A stretch of DNA of 45,684 nucleotides from Candidatus Methylomirabilota bacterium. Its GTDB lineage: Bacteria; Methylomirabilota; Methylomirabilia; Rokubacteriales; CSP1-6. Numbering within the stretch: position 1 is the stretch's first letter; the number at the start of each line of letters is the position of its first letter. This document shows positions 28,990-38,491 of this stretch, piece by piece. Both the position numbers and the translations under genes were made by a program. The stretch lies in NCBI GenBank assembly GCA_046728035.1, contig JBKPDT010000240.1:1-45684 (forward strand). Reading direction: 5' to 3'. The notes beneath the pieces are model-generated. The model saw only the letters and a list, made by a program, of their open reading frames with translations, did not search any database and was not told the DNA's origin.

Positions 28990-29150
28990 CCCCCCGGCGC
29001 GCAGCGCGGCATCAACCGCCCGCTGGGAAACGCCCGCTGCGACCGCCGCGGCGGCGTCGCGCGCCGCGATCACCCAGGCGAGGACCGCGAGTTCGCCGTT
29101 CGACTCGTCGAGTTGATGGACCAACTCGGCGTGGTCCAACGCCGCGAACC

Positions 29151-32100
29151 CTAGAGCGGCCACGATCGCGACCGAGGCGACGGCTCCCGCGCTGGCGTAC
29201 CGGCCCCGGTTCCCCCGGCCTCGGCGGGGGCGAGGACCGTCACCGGTACGACGCACTCCTCGAGCGACACGCCACCGTGGGCGTATCGGCTACCGGGCCC
29301 GTGTCCCCAAGACGCGTTCTCCCGAAACCCGTGGTCGGCGAGCACGACCAGCGGCACCTCGGCCGGCAGGGCCGCGAGCGTGGGGAGCAACCGTCGTTCG
29401 AGCGCGGCAGCGGCCTCGTCGAGCAGGCCGGCCAGCTCGATCGAGGAGCGGTGGAGCTTCTCGTCCACCCCGGCGGCGACGGCCACCGACAGCCGCGGCC
29501 CCGCCGACCACAGGTCACGAACGGCGCCGGCCGACCCCTCCCGATCGGCTCCGACGACGGCGGTCGATTCCACGCCCAGGTGGGAGAACGGGACGCCGAG
29601 GTCGCCGAGGTCGCCGGGCGACGCAGGGCCTGACCCCGCCGGCACCGGCCGGCCGAGGTAGAGGGCGGCGACCGCCTCGGTGGTGCGGGTCGGGGCGGGC
29701 ACGACCGCCCACGACTCGCGGCGCGCCCGCCCGGGAAGCGCCGCGGCCAGCGCGTCCCGGACCCGGCGCCAGAGATCGGCCCGCATGGCGTCGACGAGCA
29801 GCACGGCCACCCGGTCGTGGACACGCAGCAGCGGCGCCACCACGCCGTTGCCCACCTCCCAGATCCGCAGGCAGCCAGGGAAGCCGGCGTCGGCATGCTC
29901 GCGGAGCACGCCGTCGGCGGTGCCGAGCAGCCGCCGCGCCGAGGCGGTCACGGCCGAGACCGCGTCTGCCGACACCAGGCCGCCACCGACCGCGGCCAGC
30001 TCCGCCCGGCTCAGCAGCTCGGGCACCGGCGCCATCAGCGACGGGTACGCGTCCTCGACCAGCTCGCGGCATGAGAGCCCGCCGAGCCGCCGTTCCAGCG
30101 CGGCGAGGTGGCGGGCCGCGGCGAGCAGGTGTGCCAGCGGGGCCAGTTCGGCCTCCGCCGCCACGGCGTGGGCCGCGGCCAGGTGGGCGAGGTCGAGCTG
30201 GGGGAGCCGATCGGCGAGCTGCCAGTCGCCGGCGAGACGCCCGGCCAGCTCGTAGGCGGCCAGTCGGAGCGGGTGACGCAGCCAACGTTCGTCCCCGAGC
30301 TCCGACGCGACCTCGACCCCGGTCCGCGCGCCCAGGCCGAGTGCGGCTGCGACCTGGTCGCCGAGCAGGGTCTCGGCGCTGATCCGGGCATCCAGGTCGG
30401 CCAGCTCGGCCCGCGCCCCGAGGTCCTGCCGGGCCGCCTCGGCCGCGGCCGCCAGCAGCTTGGTGTCGTCCAGCAGCGGGGCCGGCAGCCAGGCGGGGGG
30501 ATCGGCCCGGCCCGACCACCAGACGGCGAGCCAGAAGGCGTCGGCCGGTCGATCGGCGGGCAGCAGGCTCGCCAGGCGGGGGAAGCGGCCGGCGAGGAGC
30601 TCGGCCGTGGCCCCTTGCGGAGCCGGCGGCGACCCTGCCGGTCGTGCGCTCTCGCCGCTGTCGACCACCTCGACGAAGCCGCCGGGCGGCATCTCGTCGT
30701 GGGGATCGACCCAGGCCGCCAGCAGCTCGAGGAGCCGGCGCTTGGGGTAGCGGCGGCCGATCACGTCCTCGCGCAGCGCGGCCAGGTCGCGCTGGACGAC
30801 GAGGCGGCCGCCACACAACACGTCGTGCACCACCGATGCCAGCGGCTCTGTGACGAGGTGGGCGATCGTCAGCGGATCGGCGGCGCCCGCAGCCGCGATC
30901 ACCGTCAGGAGCGAGCGCACATCGGCGGCCAACTCGTCGCGACCGAGGCCGGCCAGGTCCTCGACCGCCCGCTCCAGCCGGGTTCGGTGTTCGGGCCGTC
31001 CCAGCTCGGACAGGTGCTGCGACACGCCGCGGTCGACCATGGTGGTGAGCGCGTCGACGTCGGCGACGGGAGGCTCTTGGCCCAGCACGAAGCCGCAACC
31101 GCAGCGCGGCTTCCACGCCAGCTCCAGGTCGAGCCGGCGGGTGCATGGGGGCGGTGCGGCAACCGTGAGCGCCCGCTCGACCTTGACCAGGTCGTCGGGC
31201 ACCGCGACTGCGCCGACGGAAGCGAGCGCTGCCAGTGCCTGGTACGAGGCGCTCTTCCGTACCGCGTCGACCCGGGCCCGGTCCTCGGAGCGGTGGAACC
31301 GGTCGTGGGCGTCGGCGTAGGCCTCGAGGTAGGCGCGCCGCAGCTCGCGCTCGACCGCACCGAGCTCTCCCGCCCGATCGTCGGCGGCCAGGCCCAGGAT
31401 GTCGCGCGCCAGGGCCAGCGCCTCGTCACGCAACACGGCGAGCCGGGGCTGGTCGGTGGGGATCTCGAAGCCGGGGTCGGTCAGGTAGGCGACGGACTGC
31501 TCGACGCCGGGCAGCTCCTCGCGGACGAAGCGGGCCACCGCCGCCAGCCGCCGACCGGATCCGGCGACCTCCTCGGCGTCGCCGATCGACGCCACCAGCC
31601 GGCGCAGCCCGGGCACCGGGGCCAGGCCGGGGTCGCAGCCATCGATCACCTGGCCGACCCGTGCCACGTCCTGGGCGACCGGATCGGTCCCGACGCTGCC
31701 CAGTACGGGGGTGTCGGCCAGCGCGGTGATGGCGGCGTGCACCTGGGCGACGTCTTCTCGCCGGGCCTCCAGCCAGGCCCGCGCCCGCTCCCAGAGCGCT
31801 CGTTGCACCGATGCGTTCCACGGCTCGAACGGGCCGGGACCGACGGCGAAGCCGAGACCGGCCAGCGCCGAGCGGGCCGCGGGCTCGAGCAGCTCGCCGG
31901 CGCTCAACCGGTCGGTGGGCGTGATCGCCAGGAACGGCTCGTCGATCCGGCGGCGTCCCCGCCACGCCTCGAGCAACCCGGCCTGCACGCACCCGTTCAA
32001 CACAATGAGGGCCTCCGGCTCGGTCAGCCCGACCGGCCCGTCGGCGAGCCGGCGGACGACGTCGGCGGTGGGCACGGGTTCGCCGGGCACGAGCCGCAGG

Positions 32101-34355
32101 GCTTCGGCGACCGCCGCGCTGCGCGCCGGGTCGGGCGCCAGCACGAAGGCGTCACCCCGCCGCCGCATCAGCCCGAGGGGCATGAGGTAGCCGGAGACCA
32201 ACGAGCGGAGTTGCCGCCGGTCAGCCACACCGGCCGAGATGCGGGACTGCGCGAGCACCTCCAGGACGAGCTGGCGCAGCAGGCGTTCACCCACCAGCTC
32301 GCCCCGGGGTGCGATGTCACGGTGGCGGGGGTGGAGCCGGTTGAGCAGCGGGCTGGCCAGCGGGACGAGCTGGCGCTCGAACGGCAGCCCCGCCAGTGAC
32401 GGCAGGTCAGCATCGCCGCCGCCCGGCACGTAGGCGACCGTTCCGGCGAAGTAGGCCCGGTGCAGCAGCTCCCGGGCCCGGGCGGCGTCGGCGCTGGCGG
32501 CGCGCTCGAGGAACTCGACCAGCCCACCCGGCTCGGTCCGGCCTTCGGACCGGGCGCGGTCGAGCACGAGCCGGCGGCTGTGGAGCTCCAAGATGGTCTC
32601 CAGCTCGTCAGGCGTGAACGGGGCCGGCACCCACACCGCGAGCCGTTCGCTCGCCGCGGACTTCGCCCGCACTGCGACGTCGGGGTCGTCGGGCTCGGGC
32701 TCGGCCACCAGCAGGCAGCCCGACGCGCCGGCCGAGCGCGCCTGGGCCACGAGCGTGGCCGCGTCGTCCCCATCGAGCTCCGGCACCCGGACCAGCCCCA
32801 CGAGCAGCGAGCGCAGGGTGTTCTGCCACAGGAACTCGCGGCGGGCCACGCCGACGTCCGCCAGCAGCTGCCACGGCAGCGACGGCGACGAACCCAGCTC
32901 GAGGAGCGTGCGCACCGCCCGCCGGTCGCCCGGCACCAGCTCGGCCCGGGCCTGCGTGATCCGGGCGCCGGCCACCGCCGCAGCGTCGGCCTCCAGCTCG
33001 ACGGTGTAGGTCGGCGGCGAGCCGCTCGCCACCACATAGGCGCCGCGGCCGGCCAACGGCGCGAGCACGGCCTGCTCGAGGTAGCCGACATTGGCCGCCG
33101 CATCCAGGCTGCTGACCCTGGCCAGCAGCATGTGCGCCAGCTCGGCGGCGGTGCGGGGGCGCTCGACCGGCGACGCGGCCAACAGGCACAGCAGCTTCAC
33201 CACCCGCAGGGCGAGCTGGCGATCGGCGTCGGTCTCGAACAGTTCGTCGACGGCTCGCTCGAAGTAGGGCACGACCGACTCGGCCAGCCGGCGGGTCTCG
33301 ACCCGCTCGTGCAGCCGGGCGGCGAAGTGGTCGTACACGCGGTCGGGGGTGAGCAGGTCGAGGCAGCCCCGCTCCTGCCACGGGGGCAGCCCGGCGGCCG
33401 GGTCGCCGCGCAGCTGGCGGCAGATGAAGTCGACCACGCCCCGCTTCTGGGAGAAGACGAACCGCAAGCCCTCGAGCACCGTGAGGGTGGCGGGATGCAG
33501 GGGGTAGCAACCGACGAGCCGCTCGCGGGAGACGCCCCACCCGCCGAACGCGGCGTCGAGCTCGGTGTGGATCTGCTCGACCCGCCCCTCGGCCCCGGGG
33601 CGGAGCCGGACCAGCCGGCCCCGCACCAGGTCCTCGACGTGGCGCATCGTCAGGCTCAGCGTCCGGTAGCGGTCGCGGATGCGGGTCAGCTCCCGCTGGC
33701 TGACGTTGGCGACCTCCTCGATGCTCTCCTGGAGGGCGGCGACCACGACGACGGGCCGGCCCCGGGCCCACTCCCCGAGGAACTGGAGGAACCGCAGGTC
33801 CTCGGTAAGCGCCGGGCCCTGCTTGGCCCGGAGGAACTCGCTCAGCTCGTCGAGCAGGACGACGAGACCCGACCGCCCCCCGGTGCCCACCGCGGCCGCC
33901 AGCAGCGCATCCCACGCCGCGCGCCGGTCGGTGCCCGCCGGCGGGGAGTCCCGATCGAGCGCCCGCCAGGCGCGGCCGAGGACCAGGTCTTCGAGCGGCG
34001 CACCGGCCCGGTGCTCGACGAGCGGGACCGCGACCCCGAGCACCCGGTCCATGACGGCCGTCGCCGAGTACCGCAGCCCGGGCGGCCAGGTGCCGAGCGG
34101 GGCCGAGTCCGCGGCACCGGCCAGCTCGGCCAGCGCCGCCAGGAGGTGCGACTTGCCCGAGCCGAAGTGGCCGACCAGGAAGTACCCGCCGCCGTCCTCG
34201 CGCGCGCCCAGCACCGCCTCCAGCGCCTGGACGACGTCGGCGGTGAGCACCAGCTCCCGGAGCCACCCCGGTCGGCCGTCGAGGCGGACCACCGTCTCGA
34301 CATCCGCCACCTCGACCAGGTCGGCGATGGTGAGAGCCGCGGCCGCGTCGCCCAT
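29151..34355 (-). CDS. DUF6079/BrxC-like P-loop ATPase fused to a PglZ-like phosphoesterase domain (1734 aa)
   Basis: Walker A GHFGSGKS, Walker B LLDELSEFL, RIRDRY, YPLHP, C...RCGCGF; C-terminal LLVDAMRADLW, PAPTRT, VDEKLH, LADHGF, HGGVSLEECVVP. Confidence 0.85.
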   Translation of the reverse strand: MGDAAAALTIADLVEVADVETVVRLDGRPGWLRELVLTADVVQALEAVLGAREDGGGYFLVGHFGSGKSHLLAALAELAGAADSAPLGTWPPGLRYSATAVMDRVLGVAVPLVEHRAGAPLEDLVLGRAWRALDRDSPPAGTDRRAAWDALLAAAVGTGGRSGLVVLLDELSEFLRAKQGPALTEDLRFLQFLGEWARGRPVVVVAALQESIEEVANVSQRELTRIRDRYRTLSLTMRHVEDLVRGRLVRLRPGAEGRVEQIHTELDAAFGGWGVSRERLVGCYPLHPATLTVLEGLRFVFSQKRGVVDFICRQLRGDPAAGLPPWQERGCLDLLTPDRVYDHFAARLHERVETRRLAESVVPYFERAVDELFETDADRQLALRVVKLLCLLAASPVERPRTAAELAHMLLARVSSLDAAANVGYLEQAVLAPLAGRGAYVVASGSPPTYTVELEADAAAVAGARITQARAELVPGDRRAVRTLLELGSSPSLPWQLLADVGVARREFLWQNTLRSLLVGLVRVPELDGDDAATLVAQARSAGASGCLLVAEPEPDDPDVAVRAKSAASERLAVWVPAPFTPDELETILELHSRRLVLDRARSEGRTEPGGLVEFLERAASADAARARELLHRAYFAGTVAYVPGGGDADLPSLAGLPFERQLVPLASPLLNRLHPRHRDIAPRGELVGERLLRQLVLEVLAQSRISAGVADRRQLRSLVSGYLMPLGLMRRRGDAFVLAPDPARSAAVAEALRLVPGEPVPTADVVRRLADGPVGLTEPEALIVLNGCVQAGLLEAWRGRRRIDEPFLAITPTDRLSAGELLEPAARSALAGLGFAVGPGPFEPWNASVQRALWERARAWLEARREDVAQVHAAITALADTPVLGSVGTDPVAQDVARVGQVIDGCDPGLAPVPGLRRLVASIGDAEEVAGSGRRLAAVARFVREELPGVEQSVAYLTDPGFEIPTDQPRLAVLRDEALALARDILGLAADDRAGELGAVERELRRAYLEAYADAHDRFHRSEDRARVDAVRKSASYQALAALASVGAVAVPDDLVKVERALTVAAPPPCTRRLDLELAWKPRCGCGFVLGQEPPVADVDALTTMVDRGVSQHLSELGRPEHRTRLERAVEDLAGLGRDELAADVRSLLTVIAAAGAADPLTIAHLVTEPLASVVHDVLCGGRLVVQRDLAALREDVIGRRYPKRRLLELLAAWVDPHDEMPPGGFVEVVDSGESARPAGSPPAPQGATAELLAGRFPRLASLLPADRPADAFWLAVWWSGRADPPAWLPAPLLDDTKLLAAAAEAARQDLGARAELADLDARISAETLLGDQVAAALGLGARTGVEVASELGDERWLRHPLRLAAYELAGRLAGDWQLADRLPQLDLAHLAAAHAVAAEAELAPLAHLLAAARHLAALERRLGGLSCRELVEDAYPSLMAPVPELLSRAELAAVGGGLVSADAVSAVTASARRLLGTADGVLREHADAGFPGCLRIWEVGNGVVAPLLRVHDRVAVLLVDAMRADLWRRVRDALAAALPGRARRESWAVVPAPTRTTEAVAALYLGRPVPAGSGPASPGDLGDLGVPFSHLGVESTAVVGADREGSAGAVRDLWSAGPRLSVAVAAGVDEKLHRSSIELAGLLDEAAAALERRLLPTLAALPAEVPLVVLADHGFRENASWGHGPGSRYAHGGVSLEECVVPVTVLAPAEAGGTGAGTPAREPSPRSRSWPL

Positions 34356-34365
34356 CAGTCGCCGG

Positions 34366-35337
34366 TCAGTCGCGGCCGAGCTTGCGCAGCTCGCCGTAGA
34401 CGGCGCCGACCCGGCTGCCGGCGATGGGGATCAGCTCCTCGAGCGTGGCCCGCAGCTCGTCCCCGGCCCCGCGGGCTTTCTGGAGGTGGATGTAGGTGCG
34501 GAACAGGATCAGGTCCTGCGGGTCGTCCAGGAGGCAGGACCGCATGATCGCGGCGGCCTCGTCGAGCTTCCCGGACCGGCGCAGCGCGAAGCCCTCCTGC
34601 TTGCGGGCGAACAGGTCGCCCCCGTGGCGTTGCCGCCGCTCGCGCCACGCCGCGGCGGCCCGTTGGTCGTCGCCGGCGTCGCGGCGGACTCGGGCGAGCA
34701 CACCCAGCAGGTGGCGGTTCTCCTGGCCGCCACTGCGGACCAGCACCTCGACCTCGCGCTCGCGCGCCTCCGGCGGCAGCCGCAGCAACCGGGCCTCGAT
34801 CAGCTTGGCGTAGGCGAACTCGTCGTCAGGCGCGCCGCGGTGCGCCCGTTCGAGGTGGCCGACGGCGTCGTCGAGGCGGTCCTCCCGGAGGGCTATCTCG
34901 CCCAGCACCAGCCACGCCCCGCTCGCGCCCTCGTCCCGCTCGACGGCCCGGGCGGCCGCACCGCGGGCACTGTCGAGGTCGCCGAGCCGCAGGTGGCAGC
35001 GGGCCAGCTGGACCGCCGCCCACGACCCCCGATCGCCGAGCGCGTCGGCCTCCTGGTAGCACCGGGCCGCGTCGCGCCAGCGCTGCTCGCGGTAGCGGAG
35101 GTCACCGCGGACACGGGCCGTGAAGGCGGTCGTGCCGGCGGTCGCCTCGGCCCGGTCGAGCGCGTCCGCCGCCTCCGCCAGCTTGCGCCGGCGGAGCTGC
35201 ACCTCGGCCAGCTGCGCCAGGGCCACGGCGTGGGCGGGGAACCGCGCCAGGACCCCTTCCAGGGCGATGACCGCCTCGTCGAGCCGGCCGGCGCGCTTGG
35301 CTTCGAGGGCACGGTCGAGCTCCGTCGTCGTCGACAC
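34366..35337 (-). CDS. Tetratricopeptide repeat protein
   Basis: Repeated TPR helices (LAQLAEVQLRRRKLAEAADAL, WLVLGEIALREDRLDDAVGHL); stop 10 bp before the ATPase start; GTG start inferred. Confidence 0.82.
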   Translation of the reverse strand: MSTTTELDRALEAKRAGRLDEAVIALEGVLARFPAHAVALAQLAEVQLRRRKLAEAADALDRAEATAGTTAFTARVRGDLRYREQRWRDAARCYQEADALGDRGSWAAVQLARCHLRLGDLDSARGAAARAVERDEGASGAWLVLGEIALREDRLDDAVGHLERAHRGAPDDEFAYAKLIEARLLRLPPEAREREVEVLVRSGGQENRHLLGVLARVRRDAGDDQRAAAAWRERRQRHGGDLFARKQEGFALRRSGKLDEAAAIMRSCLLDDPQDLILFRTYIHLQKARGAGDELRATLEELIPIAGSRVGAVYGELRKLGRD

Positions 35338-35455
35338 CGCGCGCAGTCTTGTCGCGCTGGCCGATGCCGGACGAACGCGACGGGGGTCCGCGCCGCGATG
35401 GGCGACGATCGCTAGCGTCGGCTCGGTCTGGTCGCCGGTGCCGGGAGGGTGCGGG

Positions 35456-38400
35456 ATGCTGGTGTTGCATGGGTTCTGGTCGCCGGACGACGGCCTGTGC
35501 CTGTGGGGCGAGGATTCGGAGCGCAGGGTCAAGAGCCCCAGCCAGGCGTTGCGTGCGGCGCGGCCCCATCCCTTCGCGGCGCCTGCCGGCATCCTGGCGG
35601 CGGCACACGCGGGCAAGCCCGGTGACGCCACCCTGCTGCTGCCGTCGCTCCGCAGCGCGCCCCTGGACTCCCCCGAGGTGATCAGGGTCAGCCCTCGCCC
35701 GACGGCCCGGTCGGCGCCTGCGCTGCTGCCGTGGAGCGTTCCCGTCGTCACGTTCGACGCGGTTTCGGCGCTGGCCGTGCTGTCGGAGCGGGTCGAGGGG
35801 ATCCGCGGCGGCGCCTCCCTCGACTACCTGGCCGAGCTGGCGCTGTTCGCGCGCGAGCTCGTCGCCCGGGGCCGGGTGCGTCCTGCGATCGAGCGGGACG
35901 GCGCCGGTGCCATCGCCCGGTGGCGTCCGGTCGTCCAGGGACGCGATGTCGTCGTCCTGCATGGGCTGGTGACCGCGATGCCGCCGGTGTGCCGGGCGGT
36001 GCCGGGCCGGGACGACGCCCACGCGCTCGCCACCACCGCGCTGGGCGCCCTGGTCGACGCGGCTGTGCGCGAGAGGCTCCCGGCCGACCTCGACCTCACG
36101 CCGCCACGGCGGGGTCGCCGCCCGAAGCGGTTGCCCGCGGCCGAGGCGTGGCTGGCAGCGCTGTCGGGCCCGGACGACAGGTTCGACGCCGATGCTGCCG
36201 ACGTCGATGCGCTGGCTCTGGCCCTACGGCCCTGGGACGGCGTGGGTGCCGGCCCGACGGGCCCGGCGCGGGCGGCCTTCCGGCTGACCGAGATCGCCGC
36301 CGAAGCGGACGAGCCGGGCGACTCACCAGAAACGTGGTGGCGGCTGGAGTTCCTGCTGCAGTCCACCGAGGACCCCAGCCTGCTGGTGCCGCCAGCGCAG
36401 GCCTGGGCCGACGACGGCAGCCTGGGACGATGGCTGCCCCGGCCGCAGGAGTTGCTGCTGGCCGAGCTGGGCCGTGCCAGCCGTGTCTACCCGGAGCTGG
36501 CCGCCGGCTTGCGGCAGGCTCGCCCGGGCGCGCTCGAGCTGGACGTCGACGGCGCCTACCAGTTCTTGTCCTCGGCGGCTCCGGCGCTGGATGACGCCGG
36601 GTTCGGGGTCCTGCTGCCGTCGTGGTGGGACCAGCGCCGCCAGCTCGGCCTCCAGCTCTCGGGGCACACCCCGGTCGACGGCGTGGTGACCAAGCAATCC
36701 AAGTTCGGCAGGGACCAGCTCGTGGAGTTCCAGTGGCGCCTCGCGGTCGGCGACGACACTCTCACCGACCAGGAGATCGCCGCGCTCGCGGAGACCAAGG
36801 CCCCGCTCATCCGGCTGCGCGGCCAGTGGGTAGCGGTGGACCCCGACCAGCTCGAGCGGGGCTTGGCGTTCCTGGAGCGCAGCCCGACCGGCGAGAAGAC
36901 CGCGGCCGAGATCCTCGCCCTGGCGGCCAGCCACCCCGACGATCTGGACACGCCGCTGCCGGTGACCGATGTGCGGGCCGATGGCTGGCTGGGCGACCTG
37001 CTGGACGGCACCGTCGCCCGCTCCCTGCGGCCCGTGTCGACCCCCGCCGGGTTCCGGGCCGAGCTCCGGCCCTACCAGCAGCGAGGCCTGTCCTGGCTGG
37101 CGTTCTTGTCCGAGCTCGGGCTCGGGGCGTGCCTTGCCGACGACATGGGGCTCGGCAAGACCGTCCAGCTGCTGGCGCTGGAGTGCGTGCATCGGGCGGA
37201 GCGCCCGGACATCGCCCCGACCCTGTTGTTGTGCCCGATGTCGGTGGTCGGCAACTGGCAGCGGGAGGCCGCGAGGTTCGCCCCGGGCCTGCGCCTCTAT
37301 GCGCACCACGGACCGCAACGCCGCCACGGCGAGGCGCTGCGGGGACGGCTCGCCGAGACCGACCTGGTCGTCACCACCTACGCCACGGCGAACCGCGACG
37401 CCGACGAGCTCGCCGGCCACGAGTGGCAGCGGGTGGTCCTGGACGAGGCGCAGGCCATCAAGAACAGCCTGTCCCAATCCGCCAAGGCGGCCCGCCGCCT
37501 ACCGGCCGGGCATCGGGTGGCGCTGACCGGCACCCCGGTGGAGAACCGGCTGGCCGAGCTCTGGTCGATCATGGACTTCCTCAACCCCGGCATGCTCGGG
37601 TCGTCGGAGCTGTTCCGCACCCGCTACGCGATCCCGGTGGAGCGCCACGGCGTCACCGAGCCGGCCCATCGGTTGCGCACCGTCACCCGCCCCTACGTGC
37701 TGCGCCGGCTCAAGACCGACCCGGCCATCATCGATGACCTGCCGGACAAGATCGAGATGAAGCAGTACTGCCAGCTCACCACCGAGCAGGCGTCCCTGTA
37801 CCAGTCGGTGGTGGACGACATGATGGAGCGGATCGAGCACTCCGACGGCATCGAACGCCGGGGCAACGTGCTCGCGGCGATGGCCAAGCTCAAGCAGGTG
37901 TGCAACCACCCGGCGTTGCTGATGCACGACCGCTCGGCGATCGGCAAGCGGTCGGGAAAGGTGATCCGGCTGGAGGAGATCCTCGAGGAGATCCTCGCCG
38001 AGGGCGACAAAGTGCTGTGCTTCAGCCAGTTCACCGAGCTTGCCGAGATGCTGCTCCCGCACCTGGCGGCGCGTTTCGGGACCGACATCGCCTACCTGCA
38101 CGGCGGCACACCCAAGGCCCGCCGGGACGAGCTGGTCGCCCGGTTCCAGTCGGACGACGGGCCGCCCATCTTCCTGCTGTCGCTCAAGGCCGGCGGTACC
38201 GGGTTGAACCTGACCGCCGCCAACCACGTGATCCACATCGACCGGTGGTGGAACCCGGCCGTGGAGAACCAGGCCACCGACCGCGCCTTCCGGATCGGTC
38301 AGACACGCAACGTCCAGGTGCGCAAGTTCATCTGTACCGGGACACTCGAGGAACGCATCGACGAGATGCTCGAGGAGAAGGCGGCGTTGGCCGACCTGGT

Positions 38401-38491
38401 GATCCGGGACGGCGAGGGCTGGCTGACCGAGCTGTCGACCGGCGACCTGCGCCGGGTCTTCGCCCTGTCGGAGGGGGCCGTCGGTGAGTGA
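35456..38491 (+). CDS. SNF2 family helicase (HelZ-like, with DUF3670 region)
   Basis: LRPYQ, LADDMGLGKT, DEAQ, LTGTPVENR, LKQVCNHP, SLKAGGTGLNL, QATDRAFRIGQ; start trimmed to MLVLHGFW. Confidence 0.95.
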   Translation: MLVLHGFWSPDDGLCLWGEDSERRVKSPSQALRAARPHPFAAPAGILAAAHAGKPGDATLLLPSLRSAPLDSPEVIRVSPRPTARSAPALLPWSVPVVTFDAVSALAVLSERVEGIRGGASLDYLAELALFARELVARGRVRPAIERDGAGAIARWRPVVQGRDVVVLHGLVTAMPPVCRAVPGRDDAHALATTALGALVDAAVRERLPADLDLTPPRRGRRPKRLPAAEAWLAALSGPDDRFDADAADVDALALALRPWDGVGAGPTGPARAAFRLTEIAAEADEPGDSPETWWRLEFLLQSTEDPSLLVPPAQAWADDGSLGRWLPRPQELLLAELGRASRVYPELAAGLRQARPGALELDVDGAYQFLSSAAPALDDAGFGVLLPSWWDQRRQLGLQLSGHTPVDGVVTKQSKFGRDQLVEFQWRLAVGDDTLTDQEIAALAETKAPLIRLRGQWVAVDPDQLERGLAFLERSPTGEKTAAEILALAASHPDDLDTPLPVTDVRADGWLGDLLDGTVARSLRPVSTPAGFRAELRPYQQRGLSWLAFLSELGLGACLADDMGLGKTVQLLALECVHRAERPDIAPTLLLCPMSVVGNWQREAARFAPGLRLYAHHGPQRRHGEALRGRLAETDLVVTTYATANRDADELAGHEWQRVVLDEAQAIKNSLSQSAKAARRLPAGHRVALTGTPVENRLAELWSIMDFLNPGMLGSSELFRTRYAIPVERHGVTEPAHRLRTVTRPYVLRRLKTDPAIIDDLPDKIEMKQYCQLTTEQASLYQSVVDDMMERIEHSDGIERRGNVLAAMAKLKQVCNHPALLMHDRSAIGKRSGKVIRLEEILEEILAEGDKVLCFSQFTELAEMLLPHLAARFGTDIAYLHGGTPKARRDELVARFQSDDGPPIFLLSLKAGGTGLNLTAANHVIHIDRWWNPAVENQATDRAFRIGQTRNVQVRKFICTGTLEERIDEMLEEKAALADLVIRDGEGWLTELSTGDLRRVFALSEGAVGE

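Noticed and set aside
30108-34547. Long plus-strand ORFs (763 aa, 695 aa) and similar long overlapping ORFs such as 1257..3317
   Set aside because: Antisense or alternative-frame shadows of real genes, caused by the scarcity of stop codons in high-GC DNA; no motifs.
34366-35751. Extended starts for the TPR gene (35751) and SNF2 (35120)
   Set aside because: They would overlap head-to-head by ~630 bp; recognisable sequence begins at 35337 and 35456.
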